Assembly (NCBI RefSeq): GCF_009914755.1
Contig: NC_060934.1
Source of the DNA: the human T2T-CHM13v2.0 reference genome, Homo sapiens
DNA: 64,000 nt
Direction: 5' to 3' (one strand)
The position numbers were made by a program, and so were the translations under genes. A model generated the notes under the pieces. The model searched no databases. It saw only the letters and a list, made by a program, of their open reading frames with translations, and was not told the DNA's origin. Shown piece after piece: positions 52,330-64,000 of the stretch. Each line of letters opens with the position of its first letter. The first letter of the stretch is position 1.

Positions 52330-52387
52330 TAGCCAGGCTGGTCTGGAACTCCTGACCTCAGGCAATCCACCTGTCTTGGCCTCCTGA

Positions 52388-53038
<651 letters not shown>

Positions 53039-53889
53039 TAGCCAGGGTGGTCTCAGTCTCCTGACCTTGTGATCCACCCGCCTTGGCCTCCCAAAGTGCT
53101 GGGATTACAGGTGTGAGCCACCGCGTCCAGCCATCCACGTGTCTTTTAGTCAGTTACTTAACCTCTCTGTGCCTTAGCTTTTTTTAATCTTCAAAATAGG
53201 GGACATAATACCTTAATTATTCTTGTGAATAATGCCTACATGATTGAAAACACGAAAAGTCTTAATAGGTATTGAAAGCTTAGAAGGGTGCTTGGTCCTT
53301 AGTGTTATGTGTTTGCTAATATTATAAGGCCAGGTATCACTCTTTATCATCTAGATGTCTAAAACAGCCTCTTAACTTGATTTTACTGTCTAGTCAGTAA
53401 TTCTGAAAGTCAATTCACCTTTTTCCACCTTCCAGTGGATTCTCTTCTTCTTTTTTTTTTTTTTTTTCAGACAGAGTTTTGCTTTTGTTGCCCTGGAGTG
53501 CAGTGGCGTGATCTCAGGCTCACTGCAACCTCTGCCTCCTGGGTTCAAGTGATTCTCCTGCCTCAGCCTCCTCAGTAGCAGGTGCCTACCACCATGCCCA
53601 GCTAATTTTTTGTATTTTTTAGTAGAGGTGGAGTTTCACCATGTTGGCCAGGCCCATCTCAAACTCTAGACCTCAGGTGATCCGCCCACTTTAGCCTCCC
53701 AAAGTGCTGGGATTACTGGTGTGAGCCACTGCACCAGCCTTGCCTTCCAGTTTAGTTAACTTCTTTTATTTTCCTAATAGATGGTACATTGTGTCTCCTC
53801 TGGGCCACAGCCCATGTCATTCTTCCTGCTTTGTTGTTTTCATTGTTCTTTCATAATGTTCTGAGATTACCTCATTTCCTGTGTCCTCT

Positions 53890-53959
53890 CTTTCTTTGGC
53901 AATCCAAAGAAAGTCATCTTTCAGATTGTCTGCTCAGAGTTCATCTCAAAGCCTGGCAA
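53890..53959 (+). other. OLAH: Probable OLAH non-coding first exon (5' end uncertain)
   Basis: ...CAGAGTTCATCTCAAAGCCTGGCAA|GTGAGT strong donor at 53960, 3.1 kb upstream of the acceptor at 57098; matches my recollection of the OLAH 5'UTR. Confidence 0.55.
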
Positions 53960-53999
53960 GTGAGTATCTTATATTTTAAATTATCTAAAAATCATAGAG

Positions 54000-55010
54000 T
54001 AATACCTTCTCAGATATGTCTCATATGCACAGCCTATAGTTGGATTATCTTTTAATCTAATCTGCGAATATTGCTTTGTAACTAGAGAATTTAGTCTGTT
54101 TATATATAATATAATCACTGGTATCTGGGGCTTAATCTGTCATCTTGTATTCAATTTTTATTTGTTTTACCTGTTCTATGTTTCTTTCCCTTGCCTTTTC
54201 TCAGTTCTCTTTTTGATTAAATAAACATTTTTCTCTTCCAGTTTGGATGATTTACAGTCTGTTTCTATTCTTCTAAGGGCTAGCCTGAGAAATTAAGGCA
54301 TGCATATTTATACAGTCTAAATTTAGTAAAACCTCACAGATAATGTAAGGAACTTTGTTTGCCTGTGCCTGGCTTTGACATTATTTTTGCCTTGTATTTT
54401 AATTTTATATATATATATTTTTTTCTTTCTTTTTTTTTAAATTTTGAGATAGAGTTTTTCCCTGTCACCCAGGCTGGAGTACAATGGTGCAATCTCGGCT
54501 CACTACTGTCTTTTTCATTCCTCCTTGCATCTCCTATCTTCCATCTGGGATCATTTACTTTCTGCTCAAAGTATATCCTTTAACGTTTCTTTAAAAATTG
54601 TCTCCTGGTGACAAACTTAGTTTTTACTTGTCTGAAAATGTCTTTATGTTGCCCTGTTTCCTAAAAGCTGTTTTTACTGGGTATAGAATTCTAATTTGGC
54701 AGTTCTTGTCTCTTAGTACTTGAAGATATCATTCTATTCTCTTCCATGTTTTTGCATTGCTGTGAGTCCATCCCCACCTCTCCTCACCTCCTGGCTCCTT
54801 TTAATAGTTTTCTTCTGTGTTTCTTGGTTTTGCAGTTTCATTGTAATGCATCTCTATAAAGATTGCTTTTTTTGTAATCTATTCTGCTGGACATTTGCTG
54901 GGCATGTTTTATCTTTGGACTAGTACTATGCATCAGTTCCACAAAAATCTAAGCCATTATCTCTGGAGTATTGTCTCTGTCCCACTCTCCCTCTTCTCTC
55001 GTCTGGTACT
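54000..55010 (-). mobile_element. Ancient L1 (L1ME/MC-type) fragment
   Basis: TTTTTACTGGGTATAGAATTCTAATTTGGCAGTT...CTTTGAAGATATCATTCTATT. Confidence 0.7.
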
Positions 55011-55793
55011 TCAATCAAATGAAAGCATCTAGAGGTTTCAATCAAATGAAAGCATCTTGAGGAGAGAGTCACTGTTATTCTTACCGGAGGATGCCTCCAG
55101 TGTTGAAAACAAAACCCAGGACATTTTACTCAACTTGGAAAATATTTCTTGAGTAAACTTGGACAGTGGTTAAATGTTTAATCTTCCCAGGTATGATTGA
55201 TCACAGACCGTGCTAAGTCAAAAAATAATACAAAACAAGGTTTTTATGTACTTCAATTAGAAGGAGTTGGAGTAATTCAACCTAATTTTATGAAAACTTT
55301 GTAATGCTCCATAACAACTTTTAATTGTCAACACCAAAAAAATTTGTATCCCAGCTCTGACTGCCTATTTTTCTTGGAAGAACTTGCTCTCTTTTTCTGC
55401 CTTTCATATCATTACCTAAGAAGGAACTATTTCCAGGTAAAGTCAGAGAAATCCTCATGAGTCATTCAGGTGATTTTTTTCTGAGAGTTGATGGTGGCTC
55501 TGGCCCAGAATTACTAAGAAAAGGCTCTAAGAAACAAACAGATGGGCTCCCCACCCTCTGTAAACTTTCTTCCTCTATTTAGGCACATCTTTCTGTTCCT
55601 AAAAATGCCCTCCACTGCATGACAAAAGCTTTAAGCTGAGGGATTCACCTGAGCTCCCTGGAACTGTGTTGAAAGTCACAACTGAGCTTGACAAGTTAAC
55701 CGTGGCCTTAAAATGAATACTTGGGATCCAAGGAGCTCCTAGGAAGTCAGAAGATAAAGACCTTTATAAATGACAGATCTGTACTTGAGGTCA

Positions 55794-56659
<866 letters not shown>

Positions 56660-57098
56660 TGAACTCCTGACCTCAAGTACTGGGATGAGCCGCCACGCCC
56701 AGCCACTTTCTTGAGATTTAAAAGAGCACAACTTTACAAACACTTAGAAAGCTAAGACATCTCTGTTGCCAAAACAAACATCCCTCACCCTTACCCTAAT
56801 TTTCTAGTATGTATGGAATGTTTTCTGTTCTTTTAGGAGCAGGCTTGTTTCATGGCTAGAGTCTGGAAATGTTGCATCTTTGTCTGTCTGTATATACGTG
56901 AGCAGTCCTGTTAATGGAAGCACTTACTGCTAATTGGATATGAATGGGGTGGGATGGGGGTGGTGACTCCTTATCTGAATAACATCAGTTGTGTTGGTTC
57001 TAACCCATTTCTTCTTCTCCTTTGTCATCACCACTGTCATTTTTTTCTCTTCTCTGTCTTCTCCTTCCTTTTCCTCTGACCTTCTTTATTTTTAACAG

Positions 57099-57261
57099 GG
57101 ATTGGAGAGGTCAATAAGAGTCAGCGCCTTTAAAAAGAAATCTACTCACTCTTCTGTGTGCATAAGGCCGAGCAGAGGTTCTTCGTCTCAAGAGGAACTG
57201 ACTTCTGTTGAGCACTCAACACGCCACAGAGACCAGCCATCTTGCAACCTCACCTCACAGC
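57099..57261 (+). other. OLAH: OLAH 5'UTR portion of the first coding exon
   Basis: Long polypyrimidine tract and tttaacAG acceptor ending at 57098. Confidence 0.8.
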
Positions 57262-57293
57262 ATGGAGAGAGGAGACCAACCTAAGAGAACCAG
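57262..57293 (+). CDS. OLAH: OLAH (oleoyl-ACP hydrolase, thioesterase II) first coding segment MERGDQPKRT(R)
   Basis: agcATGG Kozak context; peptide matches the human OLAH N-terminus; phase-2 junction AG|G restores Arg with the next exon. Confidence 0.92.
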
Positions 57294-57523
57294 GCAGGCC
57301 ACCCCTTGTGCCACCAGGCTCTTCCTCCATCCCAGGGGCTCCGATACCCTGCCTTTGTACGGCTCCCTTTTTAGTTTGAAAGAGGTTTCTCAGCCAGGTG
57401 CTCACACTTGTAATCCCAGCACTTTGGGAGCCTGAGGCAGGTGAATTACCTGAGGTCAGGAGTTCAAGACCAGCCTGGCCGACATGGCAAAACCCTGTCT
57501 CTACTAAAAATACCAAAAATTCA

Positions 57524-57673
<150 letters not shown>

Positions 57674-58855
57674 TCAAAAAAAATAAAAATTAGTCTTTTT
57701 TGCCTTTATCTTTAAACTAGTAATTATTAACATAAGTGCCCAAGTAAAAAGCAGTGAGTTTTTCTCCAGAAATTATCCACCCCCCCAAAAAAAGTTTTCG
57801 TTTGTGCCTAGGTTCATAGAAAATCTCTCATTTTATGAGTGTTCTGAATTATTTTGTTATGAAGAACAAAGTACCCTTTACAGAACACAAGTTAACCTGA
57901 AAAGATATCAGTTGGTGTTAGTTTTGGATGTTTGTAGAGATCAACTGAAAAAACGAGAGGGGTATAACAGATTGCATCATTATACTAGGGTTTAGAACCT
58001 CATATTTGGGAATATTATATATCTTTGTAAGGAATTTAAGGATCAATTTGGAAACTTTATAGAAATTGTTTAAATTGTGGTCACAAATGTGTACAGATAG
58101 GATGACTTTTTCAAAAAGAACTTTTCCTAATATCACCTGATTGGGTACTTGGATCTTGGGATAAAATTCCGGTGACATTATAAGTAGATTTGTTTGTTTG
58201 CTTGTTTTGAGACAGAGTCTCACTCTGTCACCCAGGCTGGAGAGCGGTGGTGCGATCTCGGCTCACTGCAACCCCCCCCTCCTGGGTTCAAGTAATCCTC
58301 CTGCCTCAGCCTCCCGAGTAGCTGGGATTACAGGTGCCCACCACCACACCCAGCTAATTTTTGTATTATTAGTAGAGACAGGGCTTCGCCATGTTGGCCA
58401 GGCTGGTCTCGAACTCCTCACCTCTAGTGATCTGCCTCCCTTGGCTTCCCAAAGTGCTGGGCTTACAGGCATGAGCCACTGAGCCCAGTCTATAAGTAAA
58501 TTTAAAAAGCACTGTTTATCAAACATTCAGAAGGAAGTCAAAATTATATGCTCTATAAAACTTACATATAACTTGAAAAGTGGCTCTGGAGATCATGAAG
58601 ATACCAAGATTGAAGCTGCCCATGAACGGTTTGGATAAAATTATTCTCCAAATTGTGAAAAAGGCAATTTCTGAATTAACATTTATGTCACTTTAAGTGT
58701 GCATATAAAATGCACTTACTGAATGTTATATATAGGTATTTGACTATTTCACCTACATCCCTGAAAGTTTATTTAATTTAAAAATTAGAGACAAGGGCTG
58801 GGTGTGGCTTATTTTTGTAATCCCAGCACTTTGGGAGGCCGAGGCGGGCGGATCA

Positions 58856-59137
<282 letters not shown>

Positions 59138-59609
59138 TCACTCTGTCACTGAGACTGGAATTCAGTGGTGCAGTCATAGCTCTCTGCACCCTCAAACTCT
59201 TAGGCTCCAGAGATCCTCCTGCCTCTGCCTCCCAAGTAGCTAGGATCATAGGTGTGTACCACTATGCCAACCTAACTTTTAAATTTTTTGTTGACATGAG
59301 GTCTCACTATGTTGTCCAGACTAGCTTCAAACTCCTGGTTGCAAGTGATCCTCCTCCTTGGCCTCCCAAATTGCTAGGATTACAGGCATGAGCTACCATG
59401 CCTAGTCCTAAAAATCTATGTATTCAAATTGTCAACACAGACTGTAAAAATCTTTTTTGCCCTTTCTTATTGGAAAAATTTGCAATCACTTTATATATGA
59501 ACATATGTTTCTTATAATTAATAAAGATTTCCATTAAAACACAGGTAATTCAGTATAGGGAACTTAATTGATATACATAATGTTAAATATATTTGAATTT
59601 TCTCCCTAG

Positions 59610-59740
59610 GAATGAAAACATTTTCAACTGCTTATACAAAAACCCTGAGGCAACTTTTAAGCTGATTTGCTTTCCCTGGATGGGAGGTGGCTCCACTCAT
59701 TTTGCCAAATGGGGCCAAGATACTCATGATTTGCTGGAAG
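59610..59740 (+). CDS. OLAH: OLAH second coding exon (131 nt); the gene continues beyond the window
   Basis: ccctAG|[45 protein letters not shown]|GTATGT; thioesterase II LICFPxxGGG motif. Confidence 0.95.
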
Positions 59741-60237
59741 GTATGTTAATTTTTAACATCATTTAAGCAATTTAAAAGGGCAGATGACATAAATGTATTA
59801 GAATTTGAAGTTTGGTCAAGACTTTCCTTCCTGGTAGGTAATTGATAATAAACTTTCAAGATTATGCTTCAATAGGGTGACTTTTATGTTTCTAAAGTAA
59901 CTTTCTCTTTACTTTGTTTTTATCGTTAGAGCTAGAAGGACCTTTTAGGAGATGACGTTCTAATACTGCATTTGTCTTTGGTATAATTATTGATATGGTT
60001 GAACTGAATCTACCATCTTGCAATTGTTTCCAATTTGTCCCATGATGTGTTCTATTTTCCCTTTTCTGCTTTTCTTTCGAATTAATACAGAGTCTAAAAG
60101 ACTGCTATAAATCCAGGCGCAGTGGCGCACGCTTGTAATACCAGCACTTTGGGAGGCTGAGGCAGGAGGATTGCTTGAGGCCAGGAGTTCAAGACCAGTC
60201 TGGGCAACACAGTGAGACCCCATCTCTATAATAATAA

Positions 60238-60858
<621 letters not shown>

Positions 60859-60934
60859 CTATAATAATAATATTTAAAGTCAAAAATAAAAGTATTAACT
60901 ATTCTGTATGTCTCTATTGCCTTATTAGCCATAG

Positions 60935-61258
<324 letters not shown>

Positions 61259-61789
61259 TAAATTCACATTGTTAACAATCAGAATTCTTAACAATTCTGA
61301 TTGGTTAAAGTATATAGCATAAAAAGTTAACAAGTATGTAGGCATCTTAAGGTCTGGAGAGCCATGACTGATTTAATCCCGTCTCTGTGCTTCATCTGAG
61401 AGGGATTAGCCATCTGATCTAATGGCTGCAAGCCTTGCAGGTGAGTGTTCAGCTTTAATTCAGAAGCTTGTTTTTATTACACATCTGTCCAACCTGTCGA
61501 CATCTTGGGCAATTTTTGAAGATTTTTCTTTCAGATTTTCCCTCTTCTGACAGTATCCTTAGAGACACACCTATTATCTGTATGAAATCAATGAACTTAC
61601 TGTATTTTTTTCTTCCTTCTCCTCTAAAAAAACGGTTGTATTATTTTTACTCTATCAGAGCATATAACATCATCCCTAATTTTTTTTTTTTAGTCTTAGA
61701 ACCACAATAAAGTCTTCAAAACTCACCGCCAGTCGTTTTGCCAAACTTTCCCTAATCATGTATTCTTTGGATGAAGTTTGTCTTCTAGT

Positions 61790-62315
<526 letters not shown>

Positions 62316-62685
62316 GCTGTTTTAGTAGATTCTTCAGGCAGACTCATGATTCCAATATATGCTAAGTTCCTCCATCTCTAAGACTGCTTTGATACTGGCA
62401 ATACTTTCTTTTTAAGAAAATTTTTTTTGTAGAGACAGAGTCTTGCTTTGTTGCCCAGGCTGGTCTCAAACTCCTAGCCTGAAGCAATCCCTCCACCTTG
62501 GCCTCCCAAAGTGCTGGGATTACAGGTGTAAACTACAGTATCTGGCCAGGAGATAAATTACTGATGTGTATACTTCTTTGAGTTTCTTTAACAACTTGTT
62601 TTACTGTTTGTTGTCTTGCTTCAGATTTTGTTATCAAAGAGTCTGATATCATCCTGATTTGCTTCTTTTATAAATGACTTGGTAA

Positions 62686-62841
<156 letters not shown>

Positions 62842-63125
62842 TGAGTAGTTGGGAATACAGGCATGCACCACCATGGCTGGCTAATTTTGTATTTTAGTAG
62901 AGACGGGGGTTCACCATGTTGGCCAGGCTGGTCTCGAACTCCTGACCTCAAGTGATCCACCTGCCTCGGCCTCCTAAAGTGCTGGGATTACAGGTGTGAG
63001 CCACTGTGTCTGGCCACAAATCCTCAAATTCTAACATTTTAATGCAACTACTATGGGTCAAGTTTCTCAAGCATATGATAGGCTCTTTTAATATGTCATT
63101 TTCTTTCTTATTTTATTTCAGGGAA

Positions 63126-63891
<766 letters not shown>

Positions 63892-64000
63892 TAGAGATGG
63901 GCTTTTGCCATGTTGTCTAGGCTGGTATTGTACTCAGTCAAGGATTCACCCGCCTCAACCTCCCAAAGTGCTGGGATTATAGGCGTGAGCCACAGTGCTC

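Overview
Human genomic DNA; an AluYb8 supports human. Recognised genes place it at chr10p13, between MEIG1/DCLRE1C and OLAH. Bases 1-25.3 kb are an OR7E-type segmental-duplication mosaic: SATR1/SATR2-like satellite arrays, two LTR-less HERV-E-like fragments (gag-pro-pol and pol only) and two OR7E pseudogenes. The ERV fragments and pseudogenes are all on the minus strand. Bases 25.3-31.8 kb hold the unprocessed Artemis pseudogene DCLRE1CP1 (pseudo-exons 9, 8, 7, 6 and 4; exon 5 not found), fused directly to the second HERV-E copy. Bases 32-64 kb are very rich in Alu, LTR and L1 sequence and contain the 5' part of OLAH on the plus strand, with a GC-AG first coding intron. I found no convincing new biological system and no CRISPR, tRNA or rRNA. 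The most interesting items are the DCLRE1CP1 recombination substrate and its junctions, an MLT2A LTR that could be an alternative OLAH promoter, the non-canonical OLAH donor, an inverted duplication bracketing the OLAH 5' exons, the palindromic satellite units with a CpG-rich variant, and several template-switch footprints. Repeat family names, gene identities and reference proteins come from recognition and recall, not from a database search. Repeat boundaries are approximate.
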